Shown here: piece by piece, positions 1-8,305 of the stretch | How positions within the stretch are numbered: the stretch's first letter is position 1 | How the letters are laid out: each line of letters begins with the position of its first letter | From: a virus | IMG/VR virus record: IMGVR_UViG_3300025030_000005 | Span: 1-64,000 of that record | Direction: 5' to 3' (one strand) | Length of the DNA: 64,000 nucleotides | Made by a program: the position numbers and the translations under genes | The notes under the pieces: model-generated | Seen by the model: the letters and a program-made list of their open reading frames with translations, nothing else | Told to the model about the DNA's origin: nothing | The model's database searches: none

Positions 1-744
1 CCCAAGCCTTCTGTGTTCTTTGAGGCGCTGGAATCCATGCACCTTCTTGACGCGGTGTTCCCAGAACTACACGCCACCAAGAAAATTGAGCAGGGGGCTA
101 AATACCATCCGGAAGGTTCGGTTTACAGCCACACCCTGATGGCGCTCGACGTCCTTTTACCTGAGGAAAGAACTCTGGAAGTGATGGTGGCTCTGCTTCT
201 CCACGATTTCGGAAAGATATCTGTGGAGGCCGTGGACCGCGGTGATGGAAAAATATCCTTCCACGGCCATGCTGAGGCTACGTCCTTGGCCAAGACCGCT
301 CTGAAAAGGCTTACCGATGAGATTGAATTGTCAGAAAATGTAATGCGCCTAGTTGAATTTCACATGACTCCGTATAACTTCATCAAGGGCGGAGTTCCTA
401 GCGTGGCTAAAAAGCAAGTTAGGAAGCTGGCGGCTAAGATAGACCTTCCCAAGCTGATGCTAGTAAACAAGGCAGATCGCCTTGGGCGTGGTAAAGAGGC
501 GGCTGTGAAGTATGAGGCAGTTAATATGGGGGTTGCCTCAGAAATCCTCAGAGTGTACGAGGAAATCAAGGGAGAGATAGCGCCTTTGGTACAGGGGCGC
601 GACCTCATAACTGCTGGGTATGCTCCTGGAAAGCACTTCGGAGAGATGTTGAAACGTGTTTACGAGGCACAACTCGAAGAGGAATTCTGCACCGTTGAGG
701 ATGGAGTTAAATTCGCTAAGGAACTTCTTAAAGACAAGGAGTAG
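1..744 (+). CDS. cca: CCA-adding enzyme / tRNA nucleotidyltransferase, C-terminal HD-domain part (5' end outside window)
   Basis: Frame is open from nt 1 (no stop before ORF-track start 13). YHPEGSVYSHTLMALD and LLHDFGK motifs match the HD region of bacterial-type CCA enzymes. Confidence 0.7.
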   Translation, partial: PKPSVFFEALESMHLLDAVFPELHATKKIEQGAKYHPEGSVYSHTLMALDVLLPEERTLEVMVALLLHDFGKISVEAVDRGDGKISFHGHAEATSLAKTALKRLTDEIELSENVMRLVEFHMTPYNFIKGGVPSVAKKQVRKLAAKIDLPKLMLVNKADRLGRGKEAAVKYEAVNMGVASEILRVYEEIKGEIAPLVQGRDLITAGYAPGKHFGEMLKRVYEAQLEEEFCTVEDGVKFAKELLKDKE

Positions 745-747
745 AAT

Positions 748-1077
748 ATGAAGAAAGATGGATTTACTATAGGATTTACCCTTGGAGTTCTGCTTGGGAT
801 TGCGATAGGAAGAATGCTGTTCGCAGTGAATGATACAGAGCCTACCAAACCTTCTTCTATAGTAGCAGTAAAGGTAGTAGAGCAGCATCGTGAGGGCGAT
901 GGTTGTAAGATAGCAGTTGTATGTGGCTTTGCGGTAGGAAGCTACAACTGGGCTCTACTAGAGAACGAGCAGACACATGAACGAAAAACGGTGGCTGGAA
1001 TTTTCGGTAATACCGGAGACTCACTTTCTGTGAACTGGGGTGAGTTAAAAGTAAATAAAATTGCCCCGTCTTACTAG
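748..1077 (+). CDS. hypothetical membrane protein
   Basis: ATG 4 nt after the previous stop. N-terminal hydrophobic helix GFTLGVLLGIAIGRMLFAV. Confidence 0.55.
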   Translation: MKKDGFTIGFTLGVLLGIAIGRMLFAVNDTEPTKPSSIVAVKVVEQHREGDGCKIAVVCGFAVGSYNWALLENEQTHERKTVAGIFGNTGDSLSVNWGELKVNKIAPSY

Positions 1078-1087
1078 AGGATCTTTC

Positions 1088-1276
1088 ATGAAAAACATAG
1101 ACTTTACAGGCCTAGTGAACGGTTCCATTCCTAAAGGGTCAGTTTGTCCCTTCAAGGAAGAGTGCTACATCTACAAAAACAACAATTGCAACCATCTTGG
1201 AGTTGACCACGGATGCGACTTTAGCTGCGGTGCGGCTAGGGCTTTGAGCACTATCAAGAGGAACAAGGAGGCTTAA
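1088..1276 (+). CDS. small Cys-rich hypothetical protein
   Basis: ATG 1088 behind SD agagga (ORF-track TTG 1061 is less likely). Six Cys residues (CPFKEECY..CNH..CDFSC). Confidence 0.5.
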   Translation: MKNIDFTGLVNGSIPKGSVCPFKEECYIYKNNNCNHLGVDHGCDFSCGAARALSTIKRNKEA

Positions 1277-1453
1277 ATGAGCAGGTATGAGTTTATTTTT
1301 AGGCTGTGTTTGATGATCAGCGGAGCATACTTTCTTTTTGATGCTGTTGCTGCAGCAAAGCAAGTGTTCACTCCGCAGCAATGTAATGTGTTTGCAGGAC
1401 TTATGGTTGGGTTTTCCTGCATGGGTCTTGCCTCTAAGTTCAGTGAAAGATAA
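1277..1453 (+). CDS. small membrane protein (58 aa, below ORF-track cutoff)
   Basis: ATG directly after stop TAA 1274-1276. SD aaggagg lies 6 nt upstream. Two hydrophobic segments. Confidence 0.5.
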   Translation: MSRYEFIFRLCLMISGAYFLFDAVAAAKQVFTPQQCNVFAGLMVGFSCMGLASKFSER

Positions 1454-1460
1454 TCACAAC

Positions 1461-1476
1461 TTCCGACATGTCGGAA
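1461..1476. repeat. conserved stem-loop element (TTCCGA-CATG-TCGGAA)
   Basis: Perfect 16-nt palindrome in the intergenic gap upstream of SD aaaaggag and ATG 1489. Confidence 0.8.
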
Positions 1477-1488
1477 AAGGAGACTTCT

Positions 1489-1737
1489 ATGAAACATAAA
1501 ATTTTCTTTCTGCTGGCTTTCTTAATGGCTGCAGGATGCACCGACCAGCCCAAAGCCACGAAAGTTCTGCAAGACAACGGATACACCGACGTGCAGATCA
1601 CTGGGTATAGCCCGTTCGCCTGCTCCGACAGCGACACCTTCAGTACAGGCTTCAGGGCTAAATCCCCATCGGGCGTAGTAGTGTCGGGTACGGTATGCTC
1701 CGGGTTCCTTAAAGGAGCCACCATCAGATTCGACTAA
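1489..1737 (+). CDS. putative lipoprotein
   Basis: MKHKIFFLLAFLMAAGC signal peptide with lipobox LMAAG|C. Start moved from 1468 to ATG 1489 behind SD ggag. Confidence 0.65.
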   Translation: MKHKIFFLLAFLMAAGCTDQPKATKVLQDNGYTDVQITGYSPFACSDSDTFSTGFRAKSPSGVVVSGTVCSGFLKGATIRFD

Positions 1738-1752
1738 CAAAGGAGGAAACAG

Positions 1753-2292
1753 ATGGAAGAATTCGTAGCATTTCCCAAAATACCAAGGCTTTCTCGTGAA
1801 GTAGTAATCACAGAGAAGATCGACGGAACCAACGCTCAAATCTACTTTACCGACGACATGCAGATGTTCGTTGGAAGCAGGACGCGCTGGATAACCCCCG
1901 GAAAGCAGGACAATACCGGGTTTGCAGGGTGGTGTGAGGCCAACAGGAAAGAGTTGGAAAAGCTCGGGCCTGGCAGACACTTCGGAGAGTGGTGGGGCCA
2001 AGGCATACAGAGAACCTACGGCCTCAAGGAAAAGAGGTTCTCTTTGTTCAACTCGCTAAGGTGGACCGACGAGGTGCGCCCTTCCTGCTGTCACGTAGTT
2101 CCTGTGCTCTGGAGAGGTAGGTTCGACACCGACCAGATCGAAAGAGTGTTGGACAACTTACGGGAAGAGGGAAGTATGGCAGCTCCTGGGTTCATGAATC
2201 CCGAAGGGATCATCGTGTTTCACACTGCCGGAAACTTCGGAATGAAGAAGACGCTCGACAACGACGCACTTCCGAAGTCTCTCGTGAAGTAG
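1753..2292 (+). CDS. ATP-dependent RNA ligase-family nucleotidyltransferase (small)
   Basis: Lysine-adenylation motif EKIDGTN (KxDGxN). SD aaaggagg. 179 aa, consistent with minimal RNA-ligase-family proteins. Confidence 0.6.
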   Translation: MEEFVAFPKIPRLSREVVITEKIDGTNAQIYFTDDMQMFVGSRTRWITPGKQDNTGFAGWCEANRKELEKLGPGRHFGEWWGQGIQRTYGLKEKRFSLFNSLRWTDEVRPSCCHVVPVLWRGRFDTDQIERVLDNLREEGSMAAPGFMNPEGIIVFHTAGNFGMKKTLDNDALPKSLVK

Positions 2293-2402
2293 CACGAGGC
2301 TCCGCCTCGACAATTTATACACCGAAGTTATCAGTCAACCGGCGTAAGCTACTGTGAAGTTGGTCTGCGTGTCCAGAGCGAAGAGTAGTAGCCGAAGCCA
2401 TA

Positions 2403-2421
2403 ACTTCCGATCATCGGAACT
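2403..2421. repeat. conserved stem-loop element (ACTTCCGA-TCA-TCGGAACT)
   Basis: 6-bp core plus a closing A-T with one mismatch. Intergenic, 22 nt upstream of ATG 2443. Confidence 0.7.
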
Positions 2422-2442
2422 CATGAAAAGGAGAAATAACAC

Positions 2443-3165
2443 ATGAAAAAGACCCTGAAACTGAACGTAGCCGCCAACCCCGCCGACCACTTCCAGACCG
2501 TGAAGGTTTCCGTCATCGAGCAGTCGCATCGCGGTGGCAACTTCGGAGCAGCCTCGACAAGCTTCATCGCCTCCAATGGCGTGAGGATCACCTCCTTGGG
2601 GTACCCCAGCATCTCTATCGACGCGTTTCGCACCGAGCTGTACGTTCGCGGTGACGGTACCGCCGCCGACAACCGCGAGATCCTCGTCCCGGTGGCCAAA
2701 CTCCCCGCCATCGAAGCGGCTGTGGCCGAGTACAACAAGAAGTTCACCTTCACCCCGAAGACTCCGGCCGCCGTGCAGCATCTGAAGGTCAACGTCGAAG
2801 GCAACCCGGCTGACCACTTCCAGACCGTGAAGGTCACCGTCCTGAGCCAGACCCACATCCTCACCGACTTCGGCACCGAAACCGCCAAGGGCTGCGGCGA
2901 GTTCGTCCACGGCAAGATACGCCTCTGCTCCTCCTCGCAGGACAACGTAGGCTTCGGCACCTACGTTCCCAGCAGGCTGAAGGCACAGGGTGTCGTCGGT
3001 ACCTTCTACGTGGGTCGCAACGTCTGGCAGCCCGCCAGCACCTTCACCGGCACCATCCCCGCCAACCTGGCAAAAGACCTGGGCGACGCCATCAACGCCT
3101 ACAACAAGAAGTTCGCCGCTCCTGTCCCGGTGGCTCCGGCTGGCTGCTCCTTCATCCTCGGGTAA
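2443..3165 (+). CDS. HIKxR-EQxH-YNEW family protein, tandem two-domain member with CSFILG tail
   Basis: Two modules in one ORF. First: LKLNVAANPADHFQTVKVSVIEQSHRGGNFG...AAVAEYNKKF. Second: LKVNVEGNPADHFQTVKVTVLSQTHILTDFG...AINAYNKKF. Pro/Ala linker, then C-terminal CSFILG. GC-rich. Confidence 0.85.
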   Translation: MKKTLKLNVAANPADHFQTVKVSVIEQSHRGGNFGAASTSFIASNGVRITSLGYPSISIDAFRTELYVRGDGTAADNREILVPVAKLPAIEAAVAEYNKKFTFTPKTPAAVQHLKVNVEGNPADHFQTVKVTVLSQTHILTDFGTETAKGCGEFVHGKIRLCSSSQDNVGFGTYVPSRLKAQGVVGTFYVGRNVWQPASTFTGTIPANLAKDLGDAINAYNKKFAAPVPVAPAGCSFILG

Positions 3166-3183
3166 AATCGAGGCGTAGTGAAG

Positions 3184-3211
3184 CTGCGGGGCTTGCGCCC
3201 CGCAGTATTTT
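3184..3211 (+). terminator. rho-independent terminator
   Basis: CTGCGGGGC-TTGC-GCCCCGCAG stem-loop followed by TATTTT. Confidence 0.8.
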
Positions 3212-3233
3212 GCTACTCACAAGGAGGTACGAA

Positions 3234-3374
3234 ATGGCTAACTTGACCTTCAACATCGGCGGCGTGCGCGTAAGTGTAGGCGCTACCGGCGTTAGGCTGG
3301 GTGTGAAGAAGGGGGACTTTTATGTATCCAAGAGGGTAATAAAGGCTTCGCCCAAAGGAAAGGTGAAAAAATGA
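3234..3374 (+). CDS. small basic protein (46 aa), possibly DUF4236-like
   Basis: SD aaggagg 6 nt upstream of the ATG. Stop overlaps the next start (ATGA). G-[VR]-x-[VL] repeats: GGVRVSVGATGVRLGVKKG. Confidence 0.45.
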   Translation: MANLTFNIGGVRVSVGATGVRLGVKKGDFYVSKRVIKASPKGKVKK

Positions 3375-4873
3375 GCGTGATAACTGAATTGGTGTTGGAG
3401 TTTGAAAACGATACCGAGAGGAAAAACGCGCTCGCTCTACTGCTTGCGGCAGGAATTCCGATGTATGATGCGGGAAGTGATTTTGAAGAAGCTTGGAGCT
3501 ATTGGAGAAAGCTAACCTCCTACCACTCTTTGAAGGTGTACTCCAACAAGAGATATATGGTTCCTAGACACCCTATCCAAATTACTAACCTTCTAAGAGG
3601 ACAAAAGAAAGTCACCCTCAAGGAAGCCCTGATCGCACTCGGCTACACCGGCCACGCCGTAGGAACAGCCGTGACCTATCCCAATTACCCTGACTCCAGA
3701 GGAGTGGTGGAAAAGGAAATGGATGACTACGGAAAACATCAAGTTCACTGGAGCGGAGGCTCCATAAACAGAGTTCCGGCTGACAAGCTGGTTCCTATCA
3801 AAAAACCTGTGGAGGTGAAACCGCCAACAAAAGAGGAGGACGAATCCATGAAAAGTAACAGAGCACCAGACGCGGTAGTGGTGCGGCTTCGTAGCCAGTC
3901 GGAAAGGAGAGAGGCAGTAGAAGCACTCTTCCGTGCTGGGTTCAAGAGCCGCGCCAAAGACCGACCAACGGCAGCGATACAGATGAAGAAGTGGGACACT
4001 GAAAAGTACCCCAACCTCAACGTCTCGTTCGCAGCAAAGGAGTTCAGCGGCAGTAACACCACCGACCTGCAGTTCGTCTCGCTGGTTGTCCTTCTGGACA
4101 AGCTGGATGACCTGAGAGCTGCAGCTGCTAGGGCAGCTGTTATGCCTAAGGCACAAGCCGCAGCTGCACCTAAAAAGGCGACTGCAAATGCGGCTAGCAA
4201 GGTCGAGGACCTCGCGCCGAAGCAGATGTACATCTGTGACAATGCAGGCGTCTGCGGGAACGGCATCTGTCATCACAGAAAGGCGCACGAGCACAGAGCA
4301 GGCTGCGCGGTGTCCCATCACGGGTATTACCGCTGCTTGGCTGGTTCTGTGTGCATCACCGTCGAAGAAGCAGCTCGCCGCTCCGGCGCAGCAGCAACCC
4401 AGGCCCATAGCGCAGTATCGACCACAACCGCAGCTCCGGCTGCCAACAAAAAGGAGAAGACTGAAATGAAAAAGACCATCATAGAGAACGTCAAGAATGC
4501 AGCAACCGAAACCGTTTCCACCCAGAAGGGCCTCCTCGTCCAGGCCGCCACCCTCGAAGCCGGCTCCATCCTGCGTGAGCAGGTCGTCGGTACCATCGGC
4601 CCCAAACTCCCCATGATGCTGCGGGGCTACGCTGCCACCCCGCTGGGCCAGGTTGTCATGATGAACCTCGTCGGCGTAGCCATCCGCACCGCCAAGCCGA
4701 ACCTCGCTTCCGATCACCCGATCCTCGCCGTCACCGACGCGGCTGTAGTGGGTGCCTACCAGGACGCCATTAAGCAGCTGAACATCGACAAGATGCTCTC
4801 CGACCTGTTCGAGAAAGGTCCCCTGGCCAAAGCCATGGCCAAGCTCGAAGCCGAGCCGGCCAAGAAAAAGTAG
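3371..4873 (+). CDS. hypothetical protein (500 aa), Ala-rich linkers and a Cys/His cluster
   Basis: Long GC-rich ORF. CDNAGVCGNGICHHRKAHEHRAGCAVSHHGYYRC cluster. An internal SD+ATG at 4466 may give a nested 135-aa product. Confidence 0.7.
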   Translation: MSVITELVLEFENDTERKNALALLLAAGIPMYDAGSDFEEAWSYWRKLTSYHSLKVYSNKRYMVPRHPIQITNLLRGQKKVTLKEALIALGYTGHAVGTAVTYPNYPDSRGVVEKEMDDYGKHQVHWSGGSINRVPADKLVPIKKPVEVKPPTKEEDESMKSNRAPDAVVVRLRSQSERREAVEALFRAGFKSRAKDRPTAAIQMKKWDTEKYPNLNVSFAAKEFSGSNTTDLQFVSLVVLLDKLDDLRAAAARAAVMPKAQAAAAPKKATANAASKVEDLAPKQMYICDNAGVCGNGICHHRKAHEHRAGCAVSHHGYYRCLAGSVCITVEEAARRSGAAATQAHSAVSTTTAAPAANKKEKTEMKKTIIENVKNAATETVSTQKGLLVQAATLEAGSILREQVVGTIGPKLPMMLRGYAATPLGQVVMMNLVGVAIRTAKPNLASDHPILAVTDAAVVGAYQDAIKQLNIDKMLSDLFEKGPLAKAMAKLEAEPAKKK

Positions 4874-4960
4874 CTAGATCCAAGATGTAGTGTGTTCTTA
4901 GAAATGCTGGGAGAGAAATCTTCCAGCATTTTTATAGACCACATCACTGAGAGGTATGAA

Positions 4961-5323
4961 ATGAAACGATTAAAATTACGTGGAGAGTACCTGCCTAGCA
5001 GAAAGATGGTGAAGATATCTGTGGTTGAAATGACCCATATGGAAGATAGCTTTGGAGGCAGGAACGGAGATGGGAGTAAAAACTTTGGCGGTCTTGCGTT
5101 TGTATCCACTAACGGTGCTAGGCTAAGGTCTGATGAATCACATAGTCAGTTTGAAAATAAGTGCACTGATGCGTATTTCAGTACAGGGCCGGATTCTTTT
5201 ACGATGTACTTGCCTAGGACTCAAGGGTACCTTGACCGATATTATTCCATTTCTACCTTAGATGAGTGGAAAAGAATAAAAGAAGCTGTTTTGGAATATA
5301 ACCACGTATTCAAGGATCTATAA
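4961..5323 (+). CDS. HIKxR-EQxH-YNEW family protein
   Basis: MKRLKLRGEY..VKISVVEMTHMEDSFGG..WKRIKEAVLEYNHVF. Start moved from 4892 to ATG 4961 behind SD gagagg. Confidence 0.8.
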   Translation: MKRLKLRGEYLPSRKMVKISVVEMTHMEDSFGGRNGDGSKNFGGLAFVSTNGARLRSDESHSQFENKCTDAYFSTGPDSFTMYLPRTQGYLDRYYSISTLDEWKRIKEAVLEYNHVFKDL

Positions 5324-5325
5324 AT

Positions 5326-5703
5326 ATGAAAAAGCATATTAAGATAAAAGGGACTTTAATCCCTCCTGAAGAGGTATGCGAGAATGGCATATATTTTACT
5401 GCCAGAGTTAAGGTTGAGATAATTGAACAAACTCACGCGGGTAGGGACTTTGGGCCTAGCATAGAACCTCACGTAACAAAGAGATGGGGTCCTATTGCTT
5501 TTGGTGGCGGCGAGTACAAACTATTCAGTGAAGATAACAGCGGAGCCATTGGGATTTATGAGGCGCATAGTACCTGCAGAGAGAAGTATTGGTTTGTGTT
5601 AGGGGATAAGAAAGAATCCTTTGAACCTACTTTCTTGTTATCTCTTGTGCACTGGGAGGAGCTTAAAAGGTTGGTTAAGGAATACAACGAATATTATGCT
5701 TAG
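5326..5703 (+). CDS. HIKxR-EQxH-YNEW family protein
   Basis: MKKHIKIKGTL..VKVEIIEQTHAGRDFG..WEELKRLVKEYNEYY. Confidence 0.85.
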   Translation: MKKHIKIKGTLIPPEEVCENGIYFTARVKVEIIEQTHAGRDFGPSIEPHVTKRWGPIAFGGGEYKLFSEDNSGAIGIYEAHSTCREKYWFVLGDKKESFEPTFLLSLVHWEELKRLVKEYNEYYA

Positions 5704-5712
5704 GAGATAATT

Positions 5713-6060
5713 ATGCGAAAGCATATTAAGATAAGAGCTGAGCTTGTAAAGATGTTAGAAGGGGATATTAGAGTTAAGGTTACCTTTATGGAGCAGAGCC
5801 ATTTTGGCGGTGATTTTGGGAATAGACCATATAACGATAAACTAAATTTAGCGCTGGGAGTATTTCATCCCGGACGTGTAAGGTTGATAAGTAGGGATGC
5901 CTGTGATGTTTCCCATATTGGAAACTTTTATAAGGGAGACACAATTAGGGTGTGGGTTCCTGAAGATCCAGATCACTTAGGTGCATTCTTTTATATGAAC
6001 TTGGATGTTTACAAATTGTTTAAAGAGACTGTCGAAGAGTACAACTCTACAGAATTTTAG
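5713..6060 (+). CDS. HIKxR-EQxH-YNEW family protein
   Basis: MRKHIKIRAEL..IRVKVTFMEQSHFGGDFG..LFKETVEEYNSTEF. Confidence 0.85.
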   Translation: MRKHIKIRAELVKMLEGDIRVKVTFMEQSHFGGDFGNRPYNDKLNLALGVFHPGRVRLISRDACDVSHIGNFYKGDTIRVWVPEDPDHLGAFFYMNLDVYKLFKETVEEYNSTEF

Positions 6061-6116
6061 GTGATGTGAGTTCCGATAAATAGTAGTGAAATTTATTAAA
6101 GAAAAGGAGATAATAC

Positions 6117-7499
6117 ATGCACGAAATTACCACCCGCGTAGCTCCAAGTCCTACAGGGTTATGCCACCTCGGCACAGCCAGAACCGCACTATACTCTTAC
6201 CTCGTCGCTAAAAAGGCAGGAAGTAAATTTATAATTCGCATGGAAGATACCGATATCGCTCGGTCCAAAAAGGAATACGAGGATGACATTCTCGCGTCAC
6301 TTGAATGGCTCGGCATAAAGAGCGACGTTCCTATCATCCGCCAGAGCGAGAGGGCAAGCATCTACAAGAAATACGTGCAGATCCTGCTTGACAAAGGCCT
6401 CGCTTATAAGTGCTACTGCACCGCCGAGGAGCTTGAGAAGAAGCGTGAAGACCAGCTCGCAGCCAAGGAAAAGCCGCTGTACGACAGAACCTGCGACGGT
6501 ATGAAAGATCAGCCCGGAAAGCCCTTCGTGGTCAGGTTCAGGGTCGAAGATCATGGCGGAGTTCAGTGGCGCGACCTCGTGCTTGGGCGCATCAACGTGA
6601 GAAAAGCGGAGATCAGCGACTTCATAATCCAACGGCAGGACGGCTCTGTGGGATATCTGCTGGCCAACATGATCGACGATGCTCTGCAGGGCGTTACGCA
6701 CATCGTTCGCGGCATCGACGGAATGGCCAATGCTCCGGCTCAGATCATGCTGTTCGAGGCTCTCGGCTTCCCTGTGCCCAACTACGCCCATACTCCCTTC
6801 ATCCACAACGAGAAGGGCGAGAAGCTGTCCAAGCGTAACGGAGCGGCTTCTGTGATGGAGTACAGGAACATGGGCATCCTTCCGGAGGCTATGGTCAATG
6901 CTCTAGTGCGCATCGGCTGGTCGCACGGAAATGACGAGATATTCTCGATGGAAGACCTCATCGAGAAGTTTGACCTCAACAACGTAGGCAAGGCCCCCGG
7001 AAGCATGGACATGAACAAGTTCCATCACATCAACAAGCACTGGCTCAAGGTAGCCGACCCAAATCGTCTTGCAGACCTCATCTTCCCGTTCCTTAAAGAA
7101 GTAGGGGTTGAAGGCCGCGCGAAGAGCAAAGGACACCCGTTCCTCGTCAACGCAATAAAAACCCTCCAGACCCGCGCCAAGACCCTCAAAGAAATGGCGG
7201 AGATGGCCAAGTTCTACTACATCTCCGATTTCGAGATGGAGAGAGCACTTTCCGAGCAGGAGAAAAAGTGGGTCATCTGCGCCCTTGACTACATCAATAC
7301 ATCCGACTTCACTGCCACCGGCCTCAATACCGCTACAGTACTTGCCATGGACAACTGCGGTACCAACAAAGCGCAGCTTCTTCCTGCCTTGCGCATGGCG
7401 CTCAGCGGAAAGTCCTGTTCCCCCGGCGTGGTAGAGATCATGGAAGTCCTCGGTAAAGAGGAAACTTGCAGGAGGATATCTGCCGCATTAGTGAGGTAG
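6117..7499 (+). CDS. gltX: glutamyl-tRNA synthetase
   Basis: Class I aaRS motifs: RVAPSPTGLCHLGTARTALY (HIGH-type) and KLSKRNG (KMSKS-type). 460 aa with a C-terminal anticodon-binding-length extension. SD aaaaggag. Confidence 0.9.
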   Translation: MHEITTRVAPSPTGLCHLGTARTALYSYLVAKKAGSKFIIRMEDTDIARSKKEYEDDILASLEWLGIKSDVPIIRQSERASIYKKYVQILLDKGLAYKCYCTAEELEKKREDQLAAKEKPLYDRTCDGMKDQPGKPFVVRFRVEDHGGVQWRDLVLGRINVRKAEISDFIIQRQDGSVGYLLANMIDDALQGVTHIVRGIDGMANAPAQIMLFEALGFPVPNYAHTPFIHNEKGEKLSKRNGAASVMEYRNMGILPEAMVNALVRIGWSHGNDEIFSMEDLIEKFDLNNVGKAPGSMDMNKFHHINKHWLKVADPNRLADLIFPFLKEVGVEGRAKSKGHPFLVNAIKTLQTRAKTLKEMAEMAKFYYISDFEMERALSEQEKKWVICALDYINTSDFTATGLNTATVLAMDNCGTNKAQLLPALRMALSGKSCSPGVVEIMEVLGKEETCRRISAALVR

Positions 7500-7501
7500 T
7501 C

Positions 7502-7888
7502 ATGAAAAAGCACATAAAGCTTCAGGCTAGGTTGGTACATCAAGACGGGAAGTTTAAAGTTTTGCTAAAACTGCTCAGCTTATCCCACGCAGAAGTTGAG
7601 TTTGGTCTAAGGGATTTGGGAAATAGGGCACTAGAGATAACCTTCAACCTAGCCTCGGGAGCCATAGAAAGGCCTGACATATCCGATGTTCCGAAGTTAA
7701 GACTAGCTTCTTTTGGTAATTTAGGAATTGAATACAATGCCTTAGGCGTGTTATACTTCCCAGGAGATACTAGCAGAAAAGATCTAATGGATCATGAAAT
7801 AATTGTATCCACCGAAGCCTACAAAAAGATAAAAAGAGCAATAGAGCTGTACAATACATATGATTTCCCAGAGGAGGATGTACAATGA
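7502..7888 (+). CDS. HIKxR-EQxH-YNEW family protein (divergent)
   Basis: MKKHIKLQARL..KVLLKLLSLSHAEVEFG..YKKIKRAIELYNTY. ATG 3 nt after the gltX stop, SD gaggtag. Confidence 0.75.
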   Translation: MKKHIKLQARLVHQDGKFKVLLKLLSLSHAEVEFGLRDLGNRALEITFNLASGAIERPDISDVPKLRLASFGNLGIEYNALGVLYFPGDTSRKDLMDHEIIVSTEAYKKIKRAIELYNTYDFPEEDVQ

Positions 7889-8040
7889 GCAAGTGGGGCA
7901 GCAGCAACGACAACTTCGAGAAGATCGGAAAGAAACCCAAGTTCGCCGCTGAAGAAGACAGGAAGACTGTCAAAAAGGGGCGCACAACCGACCGCGCAAG
8001 CGCAAGAAAAGGCAAAGCGTGGACTCGTGCAGTAGCCTAA
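7885..8040 (+). CDS. small basic protein (51 aa)
   Basis: ATGA overlap with the previous stop. SD gaggagg upstream. Lys/Arg-rich. Confidence 0.45.
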   Translation: MSKWGSSNDNFEKIGKKPKFAAEEDRKTVKKGRTTDRASARKGKAWTRAVA

Positions 8041-8051
8041 AGGAGGGCGAG

Positions 8052-8261
8052 ATGTCTCTTACACAGGAAGAGAAGGACCGGGCAAAGTCCATCATAGTAA
8101 CGGACAGAGGGGATGAGAATATACCCAAGAAGGTGAAGAAGCATATCACCTCAATCAACGCTCCGGCATTCCTTCATGAAACCATTGGAGGAAAGTGCTT
8201 GGTGGAAGTTTGCTCTACTGAGAATCTTATGTGGGTACCTGAGAGCGACGTAACTAGCTAA
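8052..8261 (+). CDS. hypothetical protein
   Basis: ATG 8052 behind SD aggaggg (ORF-track start 8019 lies inside the previous ORF). Confidence 0.55.
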   Translation: MSLTQEEKDRAKSIIVTDRGDENIPKKVKKHITSINAPAFLHETIGGKCLVEVCSTENLMWVPESDVTS

Positions 8262-8280
8262 CTTCCGACACATCGGAAGT
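8261..8280. repeat. conserved stem-loop element (ACTTCCGA-CACA-TCGGAAGT)
   Basis: Perfect 8-bp stem. Follows stop TAA directly. SD aggagg lies 15 nt downstream. Confidence 0.85.
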
Positions 8281-8305
8281 ATAAACACCAAAGGAGGTAA
8301 CAAAG

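Noticed and set aside
2335-4717. Long minus-strand ORFs (2335..2910, 2421..2960, 3593..4717, 3745..4266), with similar ones at 14406..15382, 16540..18115 and 18698..19545.
   Set aside because: They lie antisense to well-supported + strand genes in GC-rich blocks. They have no SD and low-complexity Arg/Ala/Gly-rich translations, so they are typical shadow ORFs of GC-rich coding sequence.
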